Source: an uncultured bacterium (GTDB lineage Bacteria > Patescibacteriota > Saccharimonadia > Saccharimonadales > 2-12-FULL-41-12). Taken from it: a stretch of 50,823 nucleotides of DNA. The translations under genes were made by a program, and so were the position numbers. Shown in pieces: positions 20,133 to 31,306 of this stretch. A model generated the notes under the pieces. It made no database searches, was not told where the DNA came from, and was given only the letters and a program-made list of their open reading frames with translations. Position 1 is the stretch's first letter. Every line of letters begins with the position of its first letter. The DNA is taken from assembly GCA_963834265.1 (NCBI GenBank), contig CAWIAU010000001.1:535523-586345 (forward strand), in the 5' to 3' direction.

Positions 20133-21377
20133 ATGTTAAAATTACCGGATACAGAAAAATCTTATTGGCAGGAAATATATTCCCGGTCTCTTTACCCATC
20201 CTTACAGAACAATTTTGAGACTGATGTTGCTGTGGTCGGTGCAGGAATTACGGGATTAACGGTTGCATATCTATTGAAGCAGTCGGGCTTCAAGGTCGCC
20301 GTACTGGAGAAAAATACTATTGGTAGCGGAACTACGGGACGTACGACAGGCAAAGTCACCTCTCAGCATAATCTCGTATACGCTGATATGCAAAAAAGGA
20401 TGGGTATTCGGACAGCGCGACTTTATGGTGAAGCTAATCAGTCGGCTGTCAGATTGATCGATAAAATAATTAATCTGGAAAGTATTAACTGCGATTGGAA
20501 AATGCAGGATAACTATGTTTATACTTCTGATCCATCAAAAGTCAGACAGTTCAGGCAAGAGGCAGAGGTCGCATCGGCACTGGGCCTCCCATCAACTTAT
20601 GAAATCAATACTCCCCTGCCTTTTGAGGTTGTAGCAGCTGTGAAATTTGCAGGACAGGGTACACTGCATTCGCAAAAATATTTACTGGCTCTGGCAGCCA
20701 TTATAAACGGGTCCGGCAGCCATGTATTTGAGAACAGCAATGCGACAGGTATTCAGGACGGTTCCCCGGGTCGGGTAAAGACAAAAAAGGCTACAATTAT
20801 CGCTAAGCATATTATTGTTGCTACGAATGTTCCGACGCTCCCGCTTATGGCTCGTGGCGGATACTGCGCGCTTGAATACCCGTTAGAATCTTATATTGTT
20901 GCAAGTAAGTTTGAGGACGAGCTGACGGGTATGTATATATCGCCGGACTATGAACATTACTCAATACTCCCGATAAATATAAATGATAACCGGTTACTAC
21001 TGATTGGCGGTAACGGCCATATATCAGGCCTTAGGGGGAATAAAAAATTCAGATATAAAAAACTCCTCGATTATGCCGAAAAGCAATTTGGCATAACCTC
21101 TGTCAAATATCACTGGTCAGACAGGGATTATTTGTCATACGACAGTATTCCGTTAGTCGGAAAGTTATATCCCTGGTCGAAGAATCTGTATGTTGGCACC
21201 GCCTTTATGAAATGGGGCCTCACCTACGGTACAGTTGCCGCTATGATCCTGCACGATTTAATATGCGACGATCACAATAAATGGGCTTCAACTTTTGATT
21301 CTAACCGGATCAGGCCTGTGCTCTCCATTCCACGGGTTATATCACAATATGCACGGCATCCATTCGGGACTCAGTAA
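20133..21377 (+). CDS. FAD-dependent oxidoreductase (DAO family, YhfW-like, no Rieske domain)
   Basis: VVGAGITG, GTTGRTTGKVT, WS..DY, KWGLT.GT.AA. Confidence 0.88.
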   Translation: MLKLPDTEKSYWQEIYSRSLYPSLQNNFETDVAVVGAGITGLTVAYLLKQSGFKVAVLEKNTIGSGTTGRTTGKVTSQHNLVYADMQKRMGIRTARLYGEANQSAVRLIDKIINLESINCDWKMQDNYVYTSDPSKVRQFRQEAEVASALGLPSTYEINTPLPFEVVAAVKFAGQGTLHSQKYLLALAAIINGSGSHVFENSNATGIQDGSPGRVKTKKATIIAKHIIVATNVPTLPLMARGGYCALEYPLESYIVASKFEDELTGMYISPDYEHYSILPININDNRLLLIGGNGHISGLRGNKKFRYKKLLDYAEKQFGITSVKYHWSDRDYLSYDSIPLVGKLYPWSKNLYVGTAFMKWGLTYGTVAAMILHDLICDDHNKWASTFDSNRIRPVLSIPRVISQYARHPFGTQ

Positions 21378-21381
21378 AATC

Positions 21382-22314
21382 TCAGCTTTTGGTCTGTTTA
21401 ATCGTTTCCTTGATTGTCTGCCAGTATTCGGGGTGTCCATGGTGTTCTTTTATCCAGTACCACCACTCAAGTCCCCACAGATCAATCGGATACTGATCGG
21501 TTTTTTTGGCAAAAGCTATATTCTCCGTTATATTTGCCGGCGTCATAATGCGGATTTGTTCATCAACAGAAGTTTCGGTTATTGCATTTGAAAGCCATGG
21601 TTCAGCCTGTAACTCATGTATAAAAACATTTTTGCGATGTAATAAATATATCATATCAGCCCGTAACTTATAGAAAACTGGCGGACGTCCGGAAAGAACA
21701 TGCTTTCCTCTCTTATTCAGAGTCGCTCTGTACAGACTCATTGCGTATGCATCCGGGTGCGGGCGTCTCCACGGCAGGCCCCAGCTATCCGACAAAGTCA
21801 TAACTACCGGGTGCTGGGGATCAAGAGATTTAACCAGTCGATATTCTGTTTCCAGTCGGCTATGACTGTAATCATTATCCTGACAATACCCAAAATTTTT
21901 GAGCAAGGCTTCATTTTCCAGTTGCCAGCTGATTAGCGCAGGGTGGTTCCTGTAACGACTGACGACGACTTCGATGTATTTGTATAATGCTTTATACCAC
22001 TGCTCTTTCGGAAGCGCCAGTGCCCACTGAGGCATATGGCATTCCGGCCACCGTGGCTGCCGTTTACCGATACACAGGGTCGCCGTCGCTTCGTACTCTG
22101 ACAGCAGCTCAAATTGCCAGTCGAGTTCCCCGAAGTTATACCTTTCCTGCTCCGGTTCATGCACATTCCAGTAACTCATCAATCTGAAACGTTTCAATCC
22201 AAGATCTGACAACGCCGCCTTTAAAGTTGCTTTTTTATCAATTCCTAACTCGCTGCAGCGGTGTAGCGAAAAACTTACTCCCAATCGGCCGGAAACTTTG
22301 GTATCTGGCGGCAT
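21382..22314 (-). CDS. GH-A clan glycoside hydrolase-like protein (beta-galactosidase/cellulase-like)
   Basis: RLMSYW, RQPRWPECHMP, WQLENE (acid/base), IHELQAEPW (nucleophile), LWGLEWW. Start chosen at MPPD, downstream of TATAAT. Confidence 0.8.
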   Translation of the reverse strand: MPPDTKVSGRLGVSFSLHRCSELGIDKKATLKAALSDLGLKRFRLMSYWNVHEPEQERYNFGELDWQFELLSEYEATATLCIGKRQPRWPECHMPQWALALPKEQWYKALYKYIEVVVSRYRNHPALISWQLENEALLKNFGYCQDNDYSHSRLETEYRLVKSLDPQHPVVMTLSDSWGLPWRRPHPDAYAMSLYRATLNKRGKHVLSGRPPVFYKLRADMIYLLHRKNVFIHELQAEPWLSNAITETSVDEQIRIMTPANITENIAFAKKTDQYPIDLWGLEWWYWIKEHHGHPEYWQTIKETIKQTKS

Positions 22315-22341
22315 CGTAACAGATATTATATACACATTATC

Positions 22342-22578
22342 TTAGGGCCCGACCGGAAATGCTGCGTTCAACTCCGTTTCATAAGGCGTGCAGTCAATGT
22401 TTTCAGGAAGTTCATAAGCAGGGGTATCAGTTTTATTTATTAAACTTGCTTGTTTGAAGCACTCTGCCCTGGCATAATTTTCTTCTCTGTTTTCTTTGAA
22501 ATAACCTAGCAGAATATATGTTATGACTGCCCCGGTGAGTATCAAAAATAAAAGTACGAGCTTTTTTTGCATAAGCAT
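22342..22578 (-). CDS. Small hypothetical membrane/secreted protein
   Basis: N-terminal hydrophobic helix and two Cys residues. Confidence 0.55.
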   Translation of the reverse strand: MLMQKKLVLLFLILTGAVITYILLGYFKENREENYARAECFKQASLINKTDTPAYELPENIDCTPYETELNAAFPVGP

Positions 22579-22739
22579 ATATTAACAGAAAAGAAGATAT
22601 ACAGTATTTATAAACTAATATTTTGCTGAATGATCTGATAAATTTTCAGTATGGCTTAATCGACTTGCATTAAGCGTGTTTTCGATTATGATTGAAATGT
22701 CATTAAGCTAATTCGCATTACCTGCAGAGGAGGTGGCAC

Positions 22740-23789
22740 ATGAGTACAAGTAAAATGAGCCTGACGGACAGGATGGAAGATGATGTTATTTTGTGTGCGG
22801 AAGGCTATATTTTCGAACTGGAACGCCGCGGCTATCTCAAAGCCGGCGCTTATGTGCCGGAAGTTTCTCTGGAGTATCCCGAAGCTGTTGAGCAGCTTCA
22901 CCGTGAATTCGGCAGAGCTGGCACCGACGTACAGGTGGCTCTTACCTATTATGCGCACCGTGAAAAACTGAAAGCCGTTGGGCGCGAAAATGATATGGAA
23001 GCCATCAACCGTGCCGCTCTTAAGATAGCCAAATCAGCAGCTAAAGAAACAGATGCGCTTGTAGCCGGCAATATATGTAATACCGGAGCATATGACCAGC
23101 ATAATAAAGAATTCAGTTCAGCCGAAGTCAGACGTCAATATACCGAGCAGGTACAATGGGCTGTCGATGAAGGTGTTGACTTCGTTCTGGCAGAAACTAT
23201 CGGCTATCTGGGGGAAGCAATGATCGCGCTGGAAGTTATCAAAGAACACAATCTGCCTGCTGTGATTAATTTTGGTGCCCATCAGGAAAAAAGCAACGAC
23301 GGTTATGACTGGATGAAAGCCGCCAAAGAACTGGAGTCCGCTGGTGCTGATGTTGTCGGATTCAACTGCAGCCGTGGTCCGGAGAGCATGCTTCCTTTAC
23401 TCGTAAAACTTCGGGACGCTGTATCAATTCCTATTGCCGGAATACCTGTGCCATACCGTACGACTGTTAATCATCCGTCCTTTCAATCCCTGAAAAATCG
23501 TGACGGTTCAAGTGCTTATACACTGGGGCTGGAATCATACCTGTGTAATCGTATGGATATGGCTGAATTTGCTGTACAGGCCAGAGATGCCGGAGTTAAT
23601 TTCATAGGTATTTGTTGCGGAGCAGGACCTCACCATGTTCGTGCAATGGCCGAAGCTCTGGGTCGCAGCGTTCCTGCAAGCAAATATTCGCCTGACATGA
23701 CTCAGCATTATCTGTTCGGTTCAAAGAAATATGCCAAAAAGCACGAGCAGGATCATCTCGATCATTCCACCGCCCGATACGAAAAATAG
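22740..23789 (+). CDS. Homocysteine S-methyltransferase family (betaine-homocysteine methyltransferase-like)
   Basis: EGYIFELERRGYLKAG, QLHREF.RAG, AET, GFNC.RGP, IGICCG (zinc ligands). Strong GAGGAGG RBS. Confidence 0.9.
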   Translation: MSTSKMSLTDRMEDDVILCAEGYIFELERRGYLKAGAYVPEVSLEYPEAVEQLHREFGRAGTDVQVALTYYAHREKLKAVGRENDMEAINRAALKIAKSAAKETDALVAGNICNTGAYDQHNKEFSSAEVRRQYTEQVQWAVDEGVDFVLAETIGYLGEAMIALEVIKEHNLPAVINFGAHQEKSNDGYDWMKAAKELESAGADVVGFNCSRGPESMLPLLVKLRDAVSIPIAGIPVPYRTTVNHPSFQSLKNRDGSSAYTLGLESYLCNRMDMAEFAVQARDAGVNFIGICCGAGPHHVRAMAEALGRSVPASKYSPDMTQHYLFGSKKYAKKHEQDHLDHSTARYEK

Positions 23790-23860
23790 ACAGTCTGCCT
23801 GATGTTAGAAGCCGGAGATGCGTCTTGCGTTTTATCGCCCGAATGTAGTCTTTTGGCTTT

Positions 23861-24069
23861 CCGTTTTCAAACGGAAAACCACCTGCCGATTCCGGATTAC
23901 CGTCAGCTGTCATAAATCCATAATATAGTATCAGTCAATATTTAATAAACCAGGCTTGTAACCTGAAAGACTAACATGTCTATCTGCTAGAAATCCGCGA
24001 TAACGAGTTTGTGCATCTTCATCATGTTGGCAAAGGCATTAGGACGCTTCATGAGTTCGTCCATATTTT
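23861..24069 (+). repeat. ~210-bp direct repeat, copy 1
   Basis: Near-identical to 27094-27303, with a handful of substitutions and one 1-bp indel. Confidence 0.95.
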
Positions 24070-24132
24070 TTAAAACAACTTGACAGTCCAACTCGTACAA
24101 GCTTTATTTCTAATCGAAAAGACGGGAAAGGA

Positions 24133-26306
24133 TTAGGGGCAATATATACGTGTTGGGCTGGTTGAAGAAACTGTGGCACGAGCTGCAGCGGTTGATTCCA
24201 CCGGGCCGGCATTGGGGTCAATTCCATGAAGAGCTAACCAGTCTTCGTCAGAATATTTTGCAAATTGGCGGGCATAGACAATTCGAGCATAGAGCTCGCA
24301 GAATGCAAAAGAATCACCCCCGTATATACATGCATTATATTCATCTAGTGCTTCGCCCATGGCCGCTTCATGCGCACCCCAAAACTGGTTTCTCCACGAA
24401 TCAGGATCATTATCTGGCTGGCCAATACCCCCTAGAAATGCCATAGCATAGTACCCACCGATATCACCATCTAAGTCATCAGCCCCGTAGTTCGGCTGGC
24501 CCGTTGCAGGCGCCGCATCCTCGTAGCCCATTAAGCTTCCAACTCCTCTAGACAATGCACTACCGGTACTTGTTGGGAGTGGTCCGGGTAGTCCAGACTC
24601 TTGAGCAGGCATTGTTCCTGGCAGAGTGGGCTCGGGAGTCGAAAATTTGGATGTTGTAGTATTTTGAGTTGGTATATTATATGGACTCCAACCTCGCATA
24701 TGCGTGTCAATATTGGCAATTTCATTACCTTGGTAGCTATCTAAAGCATTCGATTGAAACATCACAAAACTGCCGTCGGGCGACATAATAGCGCGCGAAC
24801 TTGTTCCTGATGTAGCTGTCAATGAATACTCTTTACGCGACTGTATAATTGTTTTTGAGGGATAGTACATGTTTGTTCCTATCCATTGCATGACATCACG
24901 CTTATTATTTAGATCCGTACAACCGTCATTACCGCACAAGGTGGATGCATCAGACTCATAGGCAATACTAAACGATCCATCGGTTCTTTGTAGCCCACTG
25001 ATCGACGGAGCATAACTGCCTTTATTGCCCCCTTTGCTAACCCATGTGGTTATACCGCTTGAAAAGTCGCGCACATAGACATCCGGAAAGTTATTATTAT
25101 CGCCAAATGCTGGATTATTACCCCAAGATTCAAAAGTAATATAGCGGCCATTTTCGGAAATATCCGGAGCCTGATTAGAGCCACCCAGCTGAGCGCCATT
25201 ATTACCTACAGATACAAGGATATAGGGCATTATTCGTTGTATCCCTGACATACACGCTTGCTTGGCCGTTAGTATCAGCACGGCAATAACTTTGCGGGCG
25301 AAGTAAAAGCTACATAACGGCCGTTACGACTTATCGAAGCGCCGTATCCCTCGCCAACATGGGTCACGGTCTTTTTTTGCTGAACGTCATATATATAGAC
25401 ATCACTTTTCGAATTTGCTGTTCCGTTTGAACTACTAATGCCGTAGTACGTTGTATAGGCAACTTTCGCCCCGTTTGCTGAAACTGATGGTTGAGTTGCA
25501 GCTGCCTTGAGGTTTATACCGCCAACAGGTCCTATTTGCTGACCAGCACTGTTAGTTATTCGATCAAGGGTGTTTTTATAAAGATTACGAACTAATATAT
25601 CATCCACCCCATTTGTGTCATTGCTGACTAAATTTGTAGACCTTGTTTCAAATGCCACCAGCAGACCCGATCTGTCTAATTTGGGGTTAAAGCTTATACC
25701 GTTTGCCCCTCCACCAGTCAAAGTGGAAGAAGCTTTCATGTAGCCTCTATCTGTAAGCCCCACGAACACGTCGGTCATTCCATTATGATCGTTGTGCACG
25801 AGAGTTGACGCCGATGAATGGACGGCCATTACCGTTCCACCGTAGTTAACATCTCCAGGAATGATGTCATCTTTGACTTCTCCCGCAGAGCGCCACGTAT
25901 ATGAAGTTACAGGGCTGTATACAGTGTAGTAAGGATTGCCATTTGGGCATGTTCCGAATTGTTCGCAGTTTTCATCATATTCTACAGCGAATGCTCTAAC
26001 TTGAAATGTATGTGTGCCGTTTGGAATGTTCGAATAACCTTTGCCCGTTTGACATATCTCCCATGCAAAATTATCAAGTCTGCAGTCAAATTGAGCCCCC
26101 GATTGAGTAGAAGTAAACTCAAATGAGGCGCGAGGAACAGCCGTTACCTTATCTGCTCCACCAGGACTGCGTGTAATTTGAGGGGCGGATAGAGCTGCGT
26201 AAACCTTCGAGCTGAATACAACAGGCATAACGGAGCTTGTCGTAGCAAACATCATAGCAGCCGAAATAAGTAACATTTTGCGGGTATTTAAGAAAATAGT
26301 TTTCAA
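24133..26306 (-). CDS. Secreted protein with Ig-like domain and TolB/PD40-type beta-propeller repeats (frameshifted near 25.2-25.3 kb)
   Basis: Signal peptide, FEFTS...FDCRLD Ig-like motif, repeats PS.S.NGRYVAF.S..TNLV..DTNG..DV.VRD. Split over ORFs 25275-26306 and 24133-25281. Confidence 0.75.
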
Positions 26307-26353
26307 CGTTCAACTCCTTTAATAATTTACCTACCGAAACGGTTACAAATATT

Positions 26354-26382
26354 GTTATATTCTTCTTTTTTCAATTTGTCAA
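26354..26382 (-). promoter_or_regulatory. Sigma70-type promoter for the secreted propeller gene
   Basis: TTGACA-17 nt-TATAAC on the minus strand. Confidence 0.6.
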
Positions 26383-26455
26383 TAACAAATAACAGCAATT
26401 TATTTGTTGAAAGTTAACATATGCGGCATCAGGCGGACTTGATGAATTGATTATC

Positions 26456-27146
26456 TTAAGGTCTTGATGATTGATCCTGCTGTACCTTTCCGGCAACTGC
26501 CAGCACCAAACGTCTCAGATCTATAAGACGCATGTCTCTATCCTCTTTTAGCGGATAAGAAAGAAATAGGTTTTGCTTGAAAGGATCAAAGCCTGCGAGC
26601 ATCAAAAATTCTCTAGCGGTTTTGATAGCTTCAGGTGACCTATCGGATACAAGAGTGCTGATTCCGCTTCTGTCCATGCCGCTTCCAGAAAAAATGCCAG
26701 ACCAAAATGCATTTATAGCGTCACTATTGCCTGATACAGCTTCGATGACTGCATCTTTATCTAAAAGAAATATAGATAAGTTACGGCGAAGTACATATAG
26801 CGTCTGATATAGCTTAAATTCCACAGGGTTTAGTTCCCGAAGTTTTGTTGTGAAATCATTTGGATGAGCATCGTATGCAGCAAATCGTTCCGCAAGATCT
26901 GTTACAAACTGGCTAGTGGCGTCATCCGTAGACTGCCTAGTGCCCGGGTGAGTAGGAATTATATCTGCTGCCAGCTTAACGGCATAAATATACGGTATTT
27001 CCAAGAATCTGCTTTGATGACCCCCAACCACAAACCCCTGCATGAAATGCTTCAAGTTCAACAGTAGGATTTGGAAGAGAGTCAACAGGATCCCCGTTTT
27101 CAAACGGAAAACCACCTGCCGATTCCGGATTACCGTCAGCTGTCAT
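26456..27146 (-). CDS. Hypothetical protein (probable frameshift near 27.04 kb)
   Basis: N-terminus MTADGNPESAGGFPFENGD... joins the 26456-27115 frame if one base is removed around GCAGGGG. Confidence 0.55.
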
Positions 27147-27303
27147 AAATCCATAATATAGTATCAGTCAATATTTAATAAACCAGGCTTGTAACCTGAA
27201 AGACTAACAAGTCTATCTGCTTAAAAATCCGCGATAACGAGCTTGTGCATCTTCATCATGTTGGCAAAGGCATTAGGACGCTTCATGAGTTCTTCCATGT
27301 TTT
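27094..27303 (+). repeat. ~210-bp direct repeat, copy 2
   Basis: Matches 23861-24069. Covers the VOC gene 3' end, the intergenic region and the first 18 codons of the next gene. Confidence 0.95.
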
Positions 27304-27683
27304 CAGGCACGATCTGCCAGCTCAAGCCGTATTTGTCCTTGCACCAACCGCATTGTTCGGACTGCGGTACAGCCGACAAGTTTTTCCCAATAATAATCAA
27401 TTTCTTCCTGGTCTTTGCATGGAACCGAAAAAGATACGGCTTCGTTGAACTTGAATTCCGGCCCGGCGTTAATAGCTACGAAGCGGTTGCCGCTAAGTTC
27501 AAAGTCTACAGTCAGTACTTTGCCAGCCAGCTCTTTCTGAAAATCAGCCAGCCCTTCTTCGGTACTATTCGGATAGTTAACCGTTGATATAATCTTACTA
27601 TCGGGAAATACAGAAACATAAAAATCAACCGCCTCCTTCGCATTGCCGTCAAACCATAAATTAGGGGTAAGATCTTTTGCCAT
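27221..27683 (-). CDS. VOC family (PhnB/3-demethylubiquinone-9 3-methyltransferase-like) protein, one frameshift
   Basis: TPNLWFDG, FYVSVF, INAGP.FKFNEAVSF, QEEIDYYWEKL. Continues after an extra base near 27378 as QCGWCKDKYGLSWQIVP...KLVIADF*. Confidence 0.85.
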
Positions 27684-27748
27684 ACTATTCTCCTGTGTTA
27701 TTTGGGTTTCTTTTTTAATTATACAGCAGGACATGCCTCTGATGTTAT

Positions 27749-28000
27749 TTAACGGTGGATGCAGCCGGCCCAGCAGCATGGGCGGCGCTTACCTTCCTGC
27801 AGCTCCTTTACTGTACGCTCAATGTGGTTTTTTCTCGTTTCCGGTTTTTTGGTTGTGACTGTCCAGCAAATCCACTCGTTGCGCGCCAGCGGCGTAATGT
27901 CTTCCCAGGCTTTTAGTGCTTCAGGCGCAGAAGCAAGAGCTTTCCGTAAATCCGATGGCATTTTATGCGCTGTCCCCTTGGCGAGGATTTTTGTCTTCAT
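27749..28000 (-). CDS. YdeI/OmpD-associated family protein
   Basis: MPSDLRKAL...W..ITPLARNEWICW...KKPETR..R; C-terminal RRPCCWAGC.HR. Confidence 0.85.
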   Translation of the reverse strand: MKTKILAKGTAHKMPSDLRKALASAPEALKAWEDITPLARNEWICWTVTTKKPETRKNHIERTVKELQEGKRRPCCWAGCIHR

Positions 28001-28052
28001 ATAGTAATCATATCAAAACAAAGTTATTATGCTTCTGTATAGTGCTTCAACC

Positions 28053-28139
28053 TGGCTCGCAGTAACAGACACACTGCGAACCGAAAGTATGAACTATGAC
28101 GAGAATAAATTACGGATCATTAAAGAGATTCTAGCGTAA
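28053..28139 (+). other. Distal att junction plus orphan 3' segment of the recombinase gene (WLAVTDTLRTESMNYDENKLRIIKEILA*)
   Basis: TGGCTC core in the same W-L codon phase as at the recombinase/tRNA junction. CGAACCGA motif shared with the tRNA arm. Confidence 0.7.
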
Positions 28140-28155
28140 ACACCCTATATACTAG

Positions 28156-28236
28156 CTAACCGTTGATTATTGGCAGCACAACAGTAATTAGCTCTTCATC
28201 AGCTTGTTCTTGTTTTGGTGTTCGCTTCTTTGCCAT
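28156..28236 (-). CDS. Small ORF MAKKRTPKQEQADEELITVVLPIING
   Basis: 26 aa, with TATAAT 8 nt upstream of the ATG, like other apparently leaderless genes here. Confidence 0.35.
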   Translation of the reverse strand: MAKKRTPKQEQADEELITVVLPIING

Positions 28237-28388
28237 ATACATTTATTATACTGTACCGTAGAACAACTAAAAAAACACAAAAGCACTTAATTGACGTATA
28301 GCATAACACCTGTTCATTAAATTATTGCTTAGGAGATTAAGCGACTTTATACAAATTTTTTTCTCAGATTTTAACTACTCAACGCCAT

Positions 28389-28997
28389 TTACTGCGTTAT
28401 GTCAGGAAGCTCTTTAAGCCGTTTGCCATTATATTGCCAATAATTCGCCCCTTGATAAGCCCCACTAGTATTTAGCTGTCCCTTATCATCGAATATTTTA
28501 TATGTCAGTGGTGATAGCTTCCAAGTCTGGCCACCATATTCAACTTCTCTTTCATCGCTCACAGTGGCTTTAATTGAGTCATCCGATATAAAACTAATCT
28601 CATCTCCCTTGCTTAAACCTTTCTTGTAAAAGCTAAACAAAGCACTTTGCTTTCTAGTAGTTGCAACTTTATCAAACTCTTTTTCTTTATCAATTTTATC
28701 TGGATAAATAACTTTGCCATCAAATGACAATAAAAGCTGACGTACTAAATCTTGATCCAGTGCAAATAGCTCACTGCTACCTACTTGATGTTTGCCAAAA
28801 ATTTCATGTAGCAAGTTTTCTTTATCATCATAGTCTTCAAGCTCAATCGCAAAGAATCGTTTTAGGCCAGCTACATTAAAATATCCATTTGCCTCAAGAA
28901 ACCGCATACGCTCTGGGTAGTTATTAGTTCCGGTTTTTCCAATCTTCACTAAACCCGATACGGCGGTTGTCATTATGTAGATAATCCCTTTTGCCAT
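28389..28997 (-). CDS. GIY-YIG/T5orf172-family nuclease with RAMA-like C-terminal domain
   Basis: GIIYIMT...LVKIGKT...ER...E.LLH..F.....ELF. C-terminal FSF...G...GD.ISF...LS.LT...GANYWQY. AAGGA upstream of ATG 28997. Confidence 0.8.
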   Translation of the reverse strand: MAKGIIYIMTTAVSGLVKIGKTGTNNYPERMRFLEANGYFNVAGLKRFFAIELEDYDDKENLLHEIFGKHQVGSSELFALDQDLVRQLLLSFDGKVIYPDKIDKEKEFDKVATTRKQSALFSFYKKGLSKGDEISFISDDSIKATVSDEREVEYGGQTWKLSPLTYKIFDDKGQLNTSGAYQGANYWQYNGKRLKELPDITQ

Positions 28998-29008
28998 CTG
29001 TATATCCT

Positions 29009-31306
29009 TTATATCTTGAGTGTTTGCCACTTACTTGAATCATTTGCGTCATATTCATCGCCAACAAAGATTTTCCACGTACCAAGTTCGCCAGGAATTA
29101 CTATGCCACCATCGTAGCCATTGTTTTCCGCCAACCACTTCTTAAGCCCCTCAGCACGACCACCAGCACTATCAGCCGTTTCACCACTCTTAGTATCAAT
29201 TATCCATACTTTGTCTTTAGTCTTAATAAACCAGTCTGGATAAAATAGCTTTTCAATATTGCCATTCATATATGGAACAGCAAAATACAAACTGCCGTGG
29301 TCGCCGTTTTTATGCCACCACTCTACGTTTTCATTATCATCAATGAATCGCAAAAACTTCTCTTCATTCTTTTTACCCTTGTAGTCTTTACCGATATAGA
29401 AATGGTCATATACATTACGCTTAACATCTAACTCTTCAGTCAAATCTGTAAACTTGTCGATAGCCGCAGGGACTTCAATTGTTGCAACTGTACGCTCATG
29501 GTAAGCTTCAGCTTTTTTGGCAATCTCTTTGGTTCGTATTGGACGATATGCCAAAAGTGCTTTACGAATAACTTCAATAAGGGTGTTGTTTGTGCCATTC
29601 TCGGCGTTCAAGAAATCTTGCATTATCACTCTGTAATAACCAGCTCGATCCAAGCCAGTATTATTGCCAAACCACACGTTCAAAGCAGACTTTAGCGGCC
29701 CCCACGAACGTGCAGGAGCATACTTTGTTCGTTCATCTGTTTGTTCACTAACTATCTTAAAGCAATAGAGGTTATACAGACGCTCAATATCGTGTAGAGA
29801 TACTTTTTGAGATTGACTGCTTCCTTCTGCCTTTAGTTCGGTTACAAAGTTGTCATAATCATCAATCTCAACACCAGTGATGATGTCGCTTGTAATTTCC
29901 GGCTTTAGGTTTAAGCCTTTGGCTTCAATCTTTGCTACACGCTCACGAATATCAAACGAATCTTGTATATCAAAGTATTCATTAGCTACTTTGCCAAAGG
30001 CACGTTGGAATGAATCACCTAAGTCATTGTAGTCAGTACGTACAGATGTAACGGTTTCAAGTGTTAGCGGCACAATCTCTGGCTTACGTACGGATTCATA
30101 TATAGTAGGACGGTTTTCGCCGATACCATTCTTGTCATAAGTCGCAATCACTTCATTACGCTTATAGTTGGTATACAGGTAGCCTATGTTCAAAGCTGGA
30201 ATCGTAAAGTGCTTTGCATGTGGCATACGCAAGATACGGCCAACTGTCTGTATAGCAAACGTAGCATTTTTAATCTCACGAACATTACAAGAACGCCAGC
30301 ACGTGGACAATCCCAACCAGTCGCAGCGGCTTGCTTAAACAGCAGGAATGATACAGGTGAATCATCTTGCACTATGGTAGTCAGATTGATTTTGTCTTTA
30401 TCTAGCCATACCGCTATCTCATCGTCTGTAACGCCTTTTGACTTCAAAAACGCCACCACAATATCACGCTTAGTAGTGTTGGTTTCTTTGGTTGCTTTGT
30501 CGTCGTTAGGCAGCTGTATTAGCACTAGTGGATTTATGTTCTCGCCAATATCTTTATAGTGCCGTAGTAGCTCTGAACGCTTTCGCCATGCTAGTTCTAG
30601 CAGTATTTCATCTTGATTTGTTTCTGTGCCAGCAAACCGTACTAAGTCTTCTTCAGTCTGGAATATAATCTTCTCTTTTAGTAGACCGCTATCAATCACG
30701 TCTTCACGTGGTACCTCAACCAGTCATAGCACCTGTATTCTGAGGCGTAGCAGAAACACCCATGATGATACGTGGCTTAATGACGTTTTGGATCAGGTCG
30801 CTTGCCAGCACCGTATTAGCCGACAAATGTTCTTCATCGATAATCAGCACTATCTCACGGCCTTTGGCGTGAGTGGCACTCATGTACGTATCGAAACTTA
30901 TAGTCGTATCACCGTCAGTACGTAACTTACGGTTTTCGGCCGAACTGCTTACTAGCTTTTCCCAGTTGATAAAGAATACTGCATTACGTGGTAGTAAACC
31001 ATCACGCAAGTCATTCATGTCTAGTAACTTGTTTTCGCTCGCACCATCATAGTAGCTAAACAGCTTGTCTTTACTCTGTTGAGCTAACTGGCCTTTAGTG
31101 ATCCACACATACGCCACATCAGCATTAGTGAAGCGTGGTTCACCTGTCATATCACGCAGGAATTGAGCAATCATAGTAGTCTTACCACTACCAGTAGGAG
31201 CTTTTAGAATCAGGTTTGCCCCACGTGTTTCACTTTTCCATAACATCAAGAAGTTATCTTTTAGCTTTGATACGGCACTTTCTTGAAAAGGTTTCAGAAT
31301 AATCAT
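29009..31306 (-). CDS. res: Type III restriction enzyme Res subunit (two frameshifts as sequenced)
   Basis: APTGSGKT, IIDEEH, SATP, GWDCPRA, QTVGRILR and C-terminal FYPDW...IDTK nuclease motif, spread over three ORFs. Confidence 0.88.

Noticed and set aside
23602..23913. 103-aa ORF MTADGNPESAGG...
   Set aside because: Only the first 18 codons come from the duplicated gene start; the rest runs antisense into the BHMT-like gene.
23950..23972. CTTGTAACCTGAAAG resembling the SMK-box (SAM-III) 3' motif
   Set aside because: It lies downstream of the methyltransferase, lacks the 5' CCCGAAAGG partner and GGGGG SD, and is part of the direct repeat.
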